DNA from: Candidatus Thorarchaeota archaeon
Lineage (GTDB): Archaea; Asgardarchaeota; Thorarchaeia; Thorarchaeales; Thorarchaeaceae
Direction: 5' to 3'
Assembly: GCA_029858305.1 (NCBI GenBank)
Contig: JAOUFI010000011.1
Coordinates: forward strand, 1 to 52,345
DNA length: 52,345 nucleotides
This document shows positions 8,806 through 18,036 of this stretch, piece by piece (within the stretch, counting starts at the first letter, position 1; each line of letters starts with the position of its first letter). The notes under the pieces were generated by a model. The model saw only the letters and a program-made list of their open reading frames with translations, was not told the origin of the DNA and did no database searches. The position numbers and the translations under genes were made by a program.

Positions 8806-9594
8806 GTGTCTTTTATGGAGCACGTTGAATTGGGTTGGAATGACTTTTGGGCTGAAATATTTAGAGTCAAGCATCGGAGGGCAATACAAGGAATTCAGTA
8901 TTACGACCGTTTAGTGGTTGATTTCTGTATACGTGTCATGAGTATTAAAAAGGATCATGAAATCTTGGATATTGCTTGCGGATCTGGAGATCAGTCCATC
9001 GAGTTTGCCAAGCAAGGAATCAAGGTCACCGCGTTTGATATCTCCGACACACTAATCGCGGTAGCAAAGGAAAGCGCTCGAAATTCAGGCGTTTCTGTGG
9101 ACTTTTCAGTTGGAGATATGCGTGCTATGTCTTTCACCCAACAGTTCAATGCTGCAGTATTGCTTAGTCATAGTTTTGGTTTCTTTAATCATGAGGTGAA
9201 CACAAAAGTTCTGAAAGACACTTTTGTTGCGTTGAAGAAAGGAGGAAAACTTCTGTTAGATCTCATGAATCCATATAACTTACCTCGATTTCAAAAGACA
9301 TGGACGGAACTCGAGGGAGGATATCTTCTGAGCGAGCCTCATCTAATGGATGCTCCTGCCGGTGTCCTAAGAGGTCGTCCTGCTGTCTTTGTAGATACTG
9401 TGGATGACCGTGTCGTGTTGATGGACGAGGATGCTCTCTCAAACAACGATATCCGTATGTACACTGCTCTCGAGATTCATGCAATGCTCACAGAGGCTGG
9501 ATTCAAAAAGGTCGAGTTCTATGGACAAAACACTCTTCCGCGAATGCAATATTCTGCATCCTCTGAAAGAATGGTTGTTGTCGCAACAAAGTAA
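8806..9594 (+). CDS. Class I SAM-dependent methyltransferase
   Basis: ILDIACGSG, AFDIS, GDMR, SFGFF, LKKGGKLLLD. Confidence 0.92.
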   Translation: MSFMEHVELGWNDFWAEIFRVKHRRAIQGIQYYDRLVVDFCIRVMSIKKDHEILDIACGSGDQSIEFAKQGIKVTAFDISDTLIAVAKESARNSGVSVDFSVGDMRAMSFTQQFNAAVLLSHSFGFFNHEVNTKVLKDTFVALKKGGKLLLDLMNPYNLPRFQKTWTELEGGYLLSEPHLMDAPAGVLRGRPAVFVDTVDDRVVLMDEDALSNNDIRMYTALEIHAMLTEAGFKKVEFYGQNTLPRMQYSASSERMVVVATK

Positions 9595-9621
9595 ATCGTT
9601 TCCATGACATAATCCTTTTAA

Positions 9622-9766
9622 GACTCCAAAATGGAGTTCGCCAAGCCACTGGTGAGGATTTCATCGGTGCCCCGACGAGTTCTCTCGCGACATATTCATG
9701 AGTTGGGGATAGGCTATCGATGTGCGATGCCCGCGGGGGAATCAGAATTTAGAATGGTGTAACGTC
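9622..9766 (+). promoter_or_regulatory. Promoter-proximal inverted repeat and structured leader of the EF-2-like gene
   Basis: TTTTAA at 9616-9621; inverted repeat GACTCCA-AAA-TGGAGTT (9622-9638); stems 9647-9655/9661-9669 and 9670-9676/9702-9708. Confidence 0.45.
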
Positions 9767-11980
9767 ATGGTCAAGATTAAGGAGCCAGATGCAATCAAGA
9801 GGCTTATCCTATCAGATGATTTTGAGCATAAGAGAATCATTTCAATCTCTGCGCACATAGATCACGGCAAGACTACCACATCGGACTATCTCATGCGCCG
9901 AGCAGGTCTCATGAGTGATGCTGCAACGGGACATGCTTTGATGACTGATAGTGATGCTGAAGAGCAAGAACGTGGAATCACTATATTCACTTCTGTCGTG
10001 CTATTGAACTTTGAGATCGAAGGAGAGGAATTTCTTGTTCAGCTATCAGACACACCGGGTCATCTGTCCTTTACTGGTGAAGTATCAAGGGCGCTTAGGG
10101 CTAGTGATGGCGCAGTAATTCTTGTGGATGCTCTTGAGGGAGTAATGACCCAAACTGAGACAAATATTCGCCTTGCAGTAGGCTCAGAAGCATGCAAGCC
10201 AGTGTTATTCATTAACAAGGTTGATCGACTCATCAACGAGCTCAAGCTACCTCCTGCAAAGGTCTACGAGAGAATTGATATCATTATCTCCAAGGTCAAC
10301 GAGTTGATCAAGAAAGTTGCTCCAAAGGAGTATGCTCTTAATTGGAGAGTTAGTTTCCAAGAGGGAAGTGTGGCCATTGGTAGCGCAAAGACTGGTTGGG
10401 CTTTCACAATGAAAACCCTAGAGAAGAAAGGTATCAAGCCACTCATCGTTTTTGAAAAATATAATGAGGGTAATGAGAAATGGCTGAGAGAAAACCTTCC
10501 GTTGGATGATGCGCTCCTTGAAATGATTGTGAAACATCTTCCAAATCCAAAAGAAGCTCAAAAATACAAAATTCCACGTATTTGGAGCGGCGATTTGAAT
10601 AGCCCTGCAGGACAGGCTCTTTTGAATTGCGACCGTAATGGTCCGCTCATTGGAAGTATCAATAAGATATTTATCGATCCAAAAAGCAAGAGACCGACCC
10701 TCATAGGTCGTGTTTTCTCAGGAACAATCAGGTCCGGGCAGGAAATTCGTCTTGTCAACATGAGACAGAATGCGAAAGTAAAGCGTCTGGGTGTTCAGGA
10801 GATTACAGATATCCTTGATATGGACGAGGTTCCAGCTGGTAATCTATTCTCCGTATTTGGATTTATGTGCCCAAGTGGAGAGTCATTCGTGGACCCTGGT
10901 TCCGATACGAAAGGTTTCGAAGCAATCGAATATGTATGTGAGCCGGTTGTCAGTCGAAGTATCAAGCCTATTGATCCTCAGGATATAGCAAAACTTGGTG
11001 AAGTTGTTTCAAAGTGGATTATGGCTGATCCTACTGCAAGATTTGTTCACGATAAGGAATCAATGGAGTATCGTCTCGATGGTATCGATCCACTGCAGAT
11101 TGAGATTTTGACCAAAAGAATTCATGAGCAAGTGCCTATCAAAGTTTCAGAACCTATCATCGTGTACCGTGAGAAGATGACCGAACGTGGAGAAGAGTTC
11201 CACACCAAGTCTCCGAATGGACATAATAAGATTCGAATGTTCCTTGAGCCCCTTGATGAAAAGACTGTCGACTTGATTCGTAGGAAGAAGATTACTGCTG
11301 AGATGAACGACAGAGAACGAGCTCAGATTCTCAGAGATGAGGCTGATTGGGATGCAAAAGAAGCACGAAAGATTCTGGATGTCTACGAATCGTGCATGCT
11401 CGTGGATGCAATGAGTGGGGTTCAACGATTTGAACGTATTTTTTCATACCTTCAGACTACATTCAGAGAGTTTGTCGATGCTGGTCCCTTGGCACATGAA
11501 CCTGTAATGGGTGTGAAAGTGACACTTACTGATGCTACTGTGCACAATGACCCTGCACATACAGGATATAACGAAGTAGCAACCATGGTGAGTGCCGGTC
11601 TAAACATGGGATTCCTAACTGGAAGACCTGGACTCTATGAACCTGTGCTTAATACAGATATCAAAACTCCCACTGATACACAGGGTCAGGTAATCAAGGT
11701 TCTAACAGGCCACCGCGGACAGATTGTGACCATTGAGGGCGAGGAAGACACTGTCACTGTCAAGGGAACACTTCCTACCGCAGAAACCATTGGTATTGCT
11801 GATGAGTTCAGAAGTGCAACTGCGGGCCGTAGTTTCTTTGGTTATCAGTTCCGTGGCTTTGATCAGCTACCTGGCAACTTACAGGAAGAGATGATTCTCG
11901 AAATTCGAAAGAGAAAGAGGATGCCTGAAGAGATGCCAAGCTTGAGTTCTTGGAACAGATGGATCTACAAGCGAACATAG
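9767..11980 (+). CDS. fusA: Translation elongation factor 2 family GTPase, probably the divergent aEF-2 paralog
   Basis: AHIDHGKTT, EQERGITI, DTPGH, NKVD, KSPNGHNK and a full five-domain length. The diphthamide loop reads HNDPAHTG rather than H-D--HRG. The ATG at 9767 is preferred over the GTG at 9722. Confidence 0.9.
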   Translation: MVKIKEPDAIKRLILSDDFEHKRIISISAHIDHGKTTTSDYLMRRAGLMSDAATGHALMTDSDAEEQERGITIFTSVVLLNFEIEGEEFLVQLSDTPGHLSFTGEVSRALRASDGAVILVDALEGVMTQTETNIRLAVGSEACKPVLFINKVDRLINELKLPPAKVYERIDIIISKVNELIKKVAPKEYALNWRVSFQEGSVAIGSAKTGWAFTMKTLEKKGIKPLIVFEKYNEGNEKWLRENLPLDDALLEMIVKHLPNPKEAQKYKIPRIWSGDLNSPAGQALLNCDRNGPLIGSINKIFIDPKSKRPTLIGRVFSGTIRSGQEIRLVNMRQNAKVKRLGVQEITDILDMDEVPAGNLFSVFGFMCPSGESFVDPGSDTKGFEAIEYVCEPVVSRSIKPIDPQDIAKLGEVVSKWIMADPTARFVHDKESMEYRLDGIDPLQIEILTKRIHEQVPIKVSEPIIVYREKMTERGEEFHTKSPNGHNKIRMFLEPLDEKTVDLIRRKKITAEMNDRERAQILRDEADWDAKEARKILDVYESCMLVDAMSGVQRFERIFSYLQTTFREFVDAGPLAHEPVMGVKVTLTDATVHNDPAHTGYNEVATMVSAGLNMGFLTGRPGLYEPVLNTDIKTPTDTQGQVIKVLTGHRGQIVTIEGEEDTVTVKGTLPTAETIGIADEFRSATAGRSFFGYQFRGFDQLPGNLQEEMILEIRKRKRMPEEMPSLSSWNRWIYKRT

Positions 11981-11996
11981 AACCAATCTACTATCA

Positions 11997-12038
11997 CAGG
12001 GGATGTTCAGAGAACATCTCCTGGTATCTCTCTTTTTT
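11997..12038 (+). terminator. Hairpin plus U-tract after the EF-2-like gene
   Basis: CAGGGGATGTTC-AGA-GAACATCTCCTG (12 bp), then TTTTTT at 12033-12038. Confidence 0.7.
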
Positions 12039-12104
12039 CATTGTTCACCATCTCAATTGGATAGACTTTTGACCAACGAGGTCATCTTGTTTTGCTGAAC
12101 AATC

Positions 12105-13436
12105 ATGACAATTGACCCAGTTGAAGTTCTTACAAAGCTTATTTCATTTGATACGCGAAACGATGGACCGAATAAGAAACCCGGCAAAGAATGTCCTGAA
12201 TACATCATCAGCCTCCTCAACGATTTTGGTTATCGGACTGAGTTATTGGAATCTGATGGTTATTACACAGCCTTTGGTAGAAGAGGTCAAGGTGGGTCCA
12301 AAATACTCTTCCTTGCACATTTCGATGTAGTTCCTTATGGTGATGGTTGGAAGAGCGATCCTCTGTCATTGAAAATTGATGGTGACATTGCATATGGACG
12401 TGGAACATGCGATGACAAAGGGAATATCGTTTCCCTACTTCTTCTTGCAGAAAGACTTGCAGAAACAGATCTTCCATGTACAGCAATGTTTGCGGCATCA
12501 GGCGATGAGGAGATCGGGGGTCGCAATGGTGCTGAGTTCCTCAAGAATTGGCTGATTAAACAAGGTCTCTTCCCTGATTTTGTAGTAATTGCTGATGGCA
12601 TCCATCAACAAATCATCCATAGACGACGAAACGCCCTCCCTACTTTTATCAAGGTTAAAGAGGAGATATCTAAAATTAAGGGCAAAGCCGAAACTGTTCG
12701 GTTCACCACTGAAACCTATGGTTCAGACACAAGACATAGTGCGTATCTAAGACCTGGTGTAGACCGTCACGCTATGTTAACTGCGTCGAAGTATCTGGAT
12801 ATGCATCCACAGGCCGTTGTAAAAGATATCCGTGGCGCATTTGTCAAGTCTAATGTTGTTCCTGACTGGGTAGAACTTGATGTTATTCATCCTCATGCCT
12901 CTGGTATCGAAAGCTCTTATGACATTGCCTTAACAAATCTCATGAGGAGTATCTTATCTATTTCACAAGCGGCTTTCCCTACAAGACATTCTGATAAAGG
13001 AAAGATAATCAATCCCAATCTCTTATCCAAAGAAGGCAACCTTTGGACATTATATTGTGATATTAGAGCGATGACAAATGATAACGACGCTGTTGAACAT
13101 TCGATTCAAGAGGCTGTGAGCGGGAAACTAGACTTGTTCTCATTAAGGGTGAATAGCGGTGCAGGTTTTGTTGATGTTGATCCTAATTCACGATTGATCC
13201 GTGCGATGAGATGGGCTCTTGAGAAAGAAGGCATTTTCTACAGCGTTATTGAAGGATTTGGTGGTTCGGACTCTCGATATTTTGCAGAACAAGGTGCTGA
13301 GCTCTTTGATTTTGGACCCCAAGGGGACAATACACATGGTCCAAACGAATGGGTATCACTCTCTTCTTTGAGAGAGAATGCCAATGCGTTTCACACGATG
13401 ATTGAGGTACTAACAAGAGAAAAGAGTCCTGTGTAA
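12105..13436 (+). CDS. M20/M25/M40 family metallopeptidase (DapE/ArgE-like)
   Basis: AHFDVVP, YGRGTCDDKG, DEEIGG, GGSDSRYF, HGPNE. Confidence 0.92.
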   Translation: MTIDPVEVLTKLISFDTRNDGPNKKPGKECPEYIISLLNDFGYRTELLESDGYYTAFGRRGQGGSKILFLAHFDVVPYGDGWKSDPLSLKIDGDIAYGRGTCDDKGNIVSLLLLAERLAETDLPCTAMFAASGDEEIGGRNGAEFLKNWLIKQGLFPDFVVIADGIHQQIIHRRRNALPTFIKVKEEISKIKGKAETVRFTTETYGSDTRHSAYLRPGVDRHAMLTASKYLDMHPQAVVKDIRGAFVKSNVVPDWVELDVIHPHASGIESSYDIALTNLMRSILSISQAAFPTRHSDKGKIINPNLLSKEGNLWTLYCDIRAMTNDNDAVEHSIQEAVSGKLDLFSLRVNSGAGFVDVDPNSRLIRAMRWALEKEGIFYSVIEGFGGSDSRYFAEQGAELFDFGPQGDNTHGPNEWVSLSSLRENANAFHTMIEVLTREKSPV

Positions 13437-13440
13437 GTTG

Positions 13441-16400
13441 TTACAAAGGACTCATTCCAACCTTCAACGTTAGATCGTCTATCTCCCATTCCTTAACATA
13501 GGAGTATTTCTTCCATGTTGGTTGCTTCTTAGGACCAACTAGTTCCATCGTCTGAGCTCGCGTTTCGTTAGTAAGATGAACCTTGAACATCTCCGCAAGT
13601 TCGACGGCCTCTTCGTCAGAGAAGTAAAGAACTAAGTCTATTGACTGTTCGACTTTGAGATCAAGTTCCTTTCGCATGACTTGAACTCGTCTAGTCACAT
13701 CTCGTACAAGACCCTCAGCTTCGAGTTCCTTGGTTCTTGTCACATCGACATAGAGCTTTCCTATTTTACTCTCCGCAAAGCTAAGATGGTCCGGTAGACT
13801 TTCCTCAAACTCTACATCTCCATCAACCAACTTGAGTTTCTTTCCGGCAACCACGACTTCTGCTTTCCCTCTCTCGAGATCTCTACGGAGCTTAACAGCG
13901 TCAACCTCCTGAAGTTTCAATACCAGTTGCTTCATCATGTCCTTGTACCTCGGACCAAGAGCTTTGTAGTTTGGCTTAATTGATAGTCGAGTGAATTCAG
14001 CCATAACATCTGTTCGTTGAACTTCAAAGTCTCGCGTGTTGAGATCATCGAGTAAAAGGTCCCTCAGGCTCTCAGCTCTCTTACTGGTTTCCTCATCCTC
14101 TGCAATAAGAACGACTTTTGCGACAGGATGTCTCAGCTTGACTCCTTTCTTGTTTCTCGCATGGCTTGATGCACTTCGAAGTTCTTGGAGAACTTCGAAA
14201 GTTTTCTCCATTTCTTGGTCTATCAGCTTGTCAACACTCATTGGCATATCTGTGAGGTTGATGGATTCTGGTAGATCCTCAGCAAACCTCACTAAGAAGT
14301 CTTTGTGAAGTTTTTCGCAGAGAAATGGTGTGAACGGATTGAGTGCTCTTAGAAAGGTCTGTAGTGTATAGTAGATGACATCGTACGCCATCACTTTCTT
14401 TGGATCTTCGCTATCTAGCCACACTCGTTTCTTAACCAACGGTAGGTATACTCTACTCAAATCCTCCGATATGAATTCAAGAAGAACACGTCCAGCCTGG
14501 TGCCAGAGATATTTGCCCATCTGCTCGTGATACTCCTTTATGACAGTCTGTAGTCTAGATAGAAGCCATTTATCCTCAAGATTCGCCTTTGGAAGAGTCT
14601 TCATCATCCTCTTCTCGTCGAACTTGAAATTATCCAAGTCCATGTAAGTTTCAGTGAAGAGGACTACATTCCATAAGACATCTAGCTTCTTTCGAGTGAG
14701 ATCTATTTCCTTTTTGTCATAGTTCATTCGGGACCACGAGGCTGACCGCGTTAGCACAAAGACTCTGAATGGATCTGCTCCTATGTCTGCAAGCGCATCC
14801 TCCGCCCACACAACATTCCCTCTTGATTTACTCATTTTTCCTCCTTCTGCATCTAGCACATGCTCTTGACTCACACAGGCCTTGAAGGGAGCCTTGTCAT
14901 GCATCACGACTGAGGTATAGAGTAAACTGTAGAACCAGCCCCTTGATTGGTCAACTGCCTCAGTGATAAAATCAAATGGAAAGAGTTGATTAAACAATGA
15001 TGGATCTTTAAGGTAGTCCACACTTGCCGTATGTGCAATTCCAGAATCAAGCCAGCAATCAGTGACGAATTGTTCACGATGCATTTCCCCACCGCATTTC
15101 TCACATAGGAGTACGACTTCATCAACCCAAGGTCGATGCATCTCGAATTCATCTGGAAACTTGATTGCATGCTCTTTCAGTTCCTTTCTAGAACCTATGA
15201 CAATCTCTTCTTTACAATCATCGCAAACCCATACTGGAAGTGGTGATCCCCATACTCTAGATCTTGAGATGCACCAGTCATCTGCATTCGCTACCCAATC
15301 TCCAAAACGGCCAGTCCCTGCCCACTCTGGTGTCCATTCGACCTTAGTATTCTCATCTACTAATCTCTCTCGTACTCCTGTCATCCTAAGGAACCATTGT
15401 GACTTATCTGCAAGATAGATGAGGGGTGTGTCACATCGCCAACAATGCGGATACTCGTGATCCAAGGTTTCTTCGTGCACAAGCAGACCTTTTTTCTCAA
15501 GCAACCTTGGCACCTCGGGATTTGTATCAAAGACAAGCCTACCTTCAAACATGGGTACTTCTGAAGTGAATTTACCTGTGTTATTCACAGGTGCCAAGAC
15601 TGGTACATCGAATTCTCGTCCCACATTGAAGTCGTCAGGTCCAAATCCCGGAGCTGTGTGCACCAGCCCTGTGCCATCTTCTACAGTTACATGCGTGCCT
15701 GTCACAACTGCATGCATATACTTCTCATTATGCACTTGATGGAATGGGACTTCCTCTTTGAATGGATGTTCGTATTTCCATCCTAGCATTTTCTTGCCAG
15801 GTAGTGACTCAACTATTTCATATGACTCCTTCTTTGCCTTATGCATCACTTCCACTACTAAATCCTCAACAAGCCACCAAGATTCTCCATCAACCTTGAC
15901 TTTGACATACTTGTATTTTGGATGTACTGAAACCATCTCATTCGAGATTAATGTGAACGGAGTTGTAGTCCAGATAACTAGATACTCATTCTCCTTTCCT
16001 ACAAGTTTGAATTTGACGTATATGGATGGGTCCGTTTTAACCATATATCCCTGAGAAACCTCATGACCTGAAAGAGCAGTGACGCAGCGAGGGCAGATCG
16101 GATTGACCCTATATCCTCTGCCCAAGAGACCGTTCTCATTAGCAAGCTTCAGGAAGTGCCAAACATGCTCAATATAGTCATCTTTTCTAGTCTGGTAGGC
16201 AGATGGATAATCTAGCCATAGTCCTAGTCGAATTGAATCATTAACCCATCTTTCTAGATAGAAATCAACTAGCTCTTTGCATTTCTGAACAAATACGTCC
16301 ATTCCAACATCTGATTCAATAAGTCCCTTCTCTGCAATTCCTTCGTTCTTTTCAACTTCAAGCTCAACTGGTAGGCCTTGCATGTCCCACCCACCACGTC

Positions 16401-16638
16401 GCCAGACATTATATCCGCGCATAGTCATGTACCTAAGTTGAGCGTCTTTCATAGCTCGTCCACGTGCGTGCCCTACGTGCATGAATCCGTTTGTTGTTGG
16501 GGGTCCCTCAAGGAAATTCCATCTTGGACCCTTGCTCCTGAACTCGAGTGTTTTATCGTAGATTTTTTGCTTCTTCCAGAAATCCAGAATCTCTTCCTCT
16601 AGGGCAAGTGGTTCGTATCGTTTCGACAGTAGGTTCAT
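13441..16638 (-). CDS. ileS: Isoleucine--tRNA ligase (archaeal/eukaryal type)
   Basis: EGPPTTNGFMHVGH, WTTTP editing motif, GTGLVHTAP, DWCISRSRVWG, DQSRGWFYS, KMSKS. Confidence 0.97.
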   Translation of the reverse strand: MNLLSKRYEPLALEEEILDFWKKQKIYDKTLEFRSKGPRWNFLEGPPTTNGFMHVGHARGRAMKDAQLRYMTMRGYNVWRRGGWDMQGLPVELEVEKNEGIAEKGLIESDVGMDVFVQKCKELVDFYLERWVNDSIRLGLWLDYPSAYQTRKDDYIEHVWHFLKLANENGLLGRGYRVNPICPRCVTALSGHEVSQGYMVKTDPSIYVKFKLVGKENEYLVIWTTTPFTLISNEMVSVHPKYKYVKVKVDGESWWLVEDLVVEVMHKAKKESYEIVESLPGKKMLGWKYEHPFKEEVPFHQVHNEKYMHAVVTGTHVTVEDGTGLVHTAPGFGPDDFNVGREFDVPVLAPVNNTGKFTSEVPMFEGRLVFDTNPEVPRLLEKKGLLVHEETLDHEYPHCWRCDTPLIYLADKSQWFLRMTGVRERLVDENTKVEWTPEWAGTGRFGDWVANADDWCISRSRVWGSPLPVWVCDDCKEEIVIGSRKELKEHAIKFPDEFEMHRPWVDEVVLLCEKCGGEMHREQFVTDCWLDSGIAHTASVDYLKDPSLFNQLFPFDFITEAVDQSRGWFYSLLYTSVVMHDKAPFKACVSQEHVLDAEGGKMSKSRGNVVWAEDALADIGADPFRVFVLTRSASWSRMNYDKKEIDLTRKKLDVLWNVVLFTETYMDLDNFKFDEKRMMKTLPKANLEDKWLLSRLQTVIKEYHEQMGKYLWHQAGRVLLEFISEDLSRVYLPLVKKRVWLDSEDPKKVMAYDVIYYTLQTFLRALNPFTPFLCEKLHKDFLVRFAEDLPESINLTDMPMSVDKLIDQEMEKTFEVLQELRSASSHARNKKGVKLRHPVAKVVLIAEDEETSKRAESLRDLLLDDLNTRDFEVQRTDVMAEFTRLSIKPNYKALGPRYKDMMKQLVLKLQEVDAVKLRRDLERGKAEVVVAGKKLKLVDGDVEFEESLPDHLSFAESKIGKLYVDVTRTKELEAEGLVRDVTRRVQVMRKELDLKVEQSIDLVLYFSDEEAVELAEMFKVHLTNETRAQTMELVGPKKQPTWKKYSYVKEWEIDDLTLKVGMSPL

Positions 16639-16922
16639 CTTAATGTCCTCTCAGGATGTTTGGTAGTGTTATAATCAGAAAGTGATTTTCTGCCCCCATC
16701 ATCAGATGAGAACCTTTCATGGTTCTGACTAGGTGTTTGCTCTACATGCCTAGTCGATTTGGCAATCCATCCTTTCTCACCTGTACGGGCTCTCTGGATT
16801 TTCATCTTAGACTTAGTTAAAAATCTTAGGCTAGACAAATTTGACCACCCTATAGGCCCAACCAAGATTTAATTGGTCCCTTCGATAGGTTGTCTAGTGG
16901 ATATCAAATTGAGGTGTTTTGA

Positions 16923-17594
16923 ATGAGCTCTCTTGAAGAAAGATCACTCGACAAATTAGCTGATATGGTTCTCCAAGTTCTATGGCAAGATTTACTAGAG
17001 GTGTGGCAAGCAATCCGAAACAAGATGGACTCTGAAGGGCCAGATGAGGTGAAATCCGCGTTTGAGGGTGCTGTTTCAAGATTCATGAAAGGTCCGTTAA
17101 GTAATCATATCGAAGTCCGCTGGGGTATGAACCTTTGTGTTCACTGTAACGATGATAATATTGAAAAAAATGGGATTGCTTACGTGAAGCCAAATGGCGA
17201 TGGTCTAGAGTTCAATCAATGTCTCAATTGCAGAATAGGAATTCTCTACAATCTTGTCACTGCAACAGCTACACTTGATACATACACTATTGGTCTTGGA
17301 AAACCCGGGCAGTTCAATGGTGTGTCCATATTTTGGAACGCTATCGTGCCGGACTCGATGAAGAAGTTCCTTCCTACATATGAATTGATTCAAGACGGTC
17401 AGTGGTTAGGTACAATTTCATTTGACGATGCATTAACGACAAGATTCTTGCCATTTATTTCTATGACTGAATCTACACTGCGTGATGATGTGGCTCCTTG
17501 GACAACAGAGATTCCTGGTATTGTCCGGGCTGCAGTTGATTCATTCTTATCAGTAGCCAAGTTTCAAGTCGAGGCCGCGTTAGCATTGAGGTGA
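16923..17594 (+). CDS. Hypothetical protein with CxxC...CxxC
   Basis: 223-aa ORF with a GAGGTG SD; CVHC and CLNC may bind Zn. Confidence 0.8.
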   Translation: MSSLEERSLDKLADMVLQVLWQDLLEVWQAIRNKMDSEGPDEVKSAFEGAVSRFMKGPLSNHIEVRWGMNLCVHCNDDNIEKNGIAYVKPNGDGLEFNQCLNCRIGILYNLVTATATLDTYTIGLGKPGQFNGVSIFWNAIVPDSMKKFLPTYELIQDGQWLGTISFDDALTTRFLPFISMTESTLRDDVAPWTTEIPGIVRAAVDSFLSVAKFQVEAALALR

Positions 17595-17616
17595 AGCCAT
17601 CCTTGGAGGAGTAGAA

Positions 17617-17934
17617 GTGGTAGAGAAGCTAGTACGAGATAAGATTCCTGATATTCTCAAAGAAAAGGGGCTTAATCCCGAAGTTCGTACTGTCAGGTCT
17701 AGCGAGTTGGATAACTTCCTCCGAGCGAAGATTGTTGAGGAGGCTCAAGAGCTACTCGAATCAGGGGACTCCGAGGAAATTGTGGATATTCTTGAGGCTG
17801 TTGATGCTCTTCTTGAACTTCGTAAGGCTGATAGAGCGATGCTAGATCTCCAACGTGAAACGAAGAAGCTATATCGAGGAGGATTCAAGCAGGGGTATGT
17901 TCTCACTCAGGAATCCGATCTTGATACAATCTAG
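17617..17934 (+). CDS. Nucleoside triphosphate pyrophosphohydrolase (MazG/HisE-like all-alpha house-cleaning enzyme)
   Basis: KLVRDKIP, KIVEEAQE, EEIVDILE, RGGF. Confidence 0.88.
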   Translation: MVEKLVRDKIPDILKEKGLNPEVRTVRSSELDNFLRAKIVEEAQELLESGDSEEIVDILEAVDALLELRKADRAMLDLQRETKKLYRGGFKQGYVLTQESDLDTI

Positions 17935-18036
17935 CTCACTCTACATACTCTGAAACATCTGACAAAGGTTATATTCTCTATTCCGCGTCATCATTCATTA
18001 GATACCACCCTGCTTAGTGGTGGTAATATTTAGATT

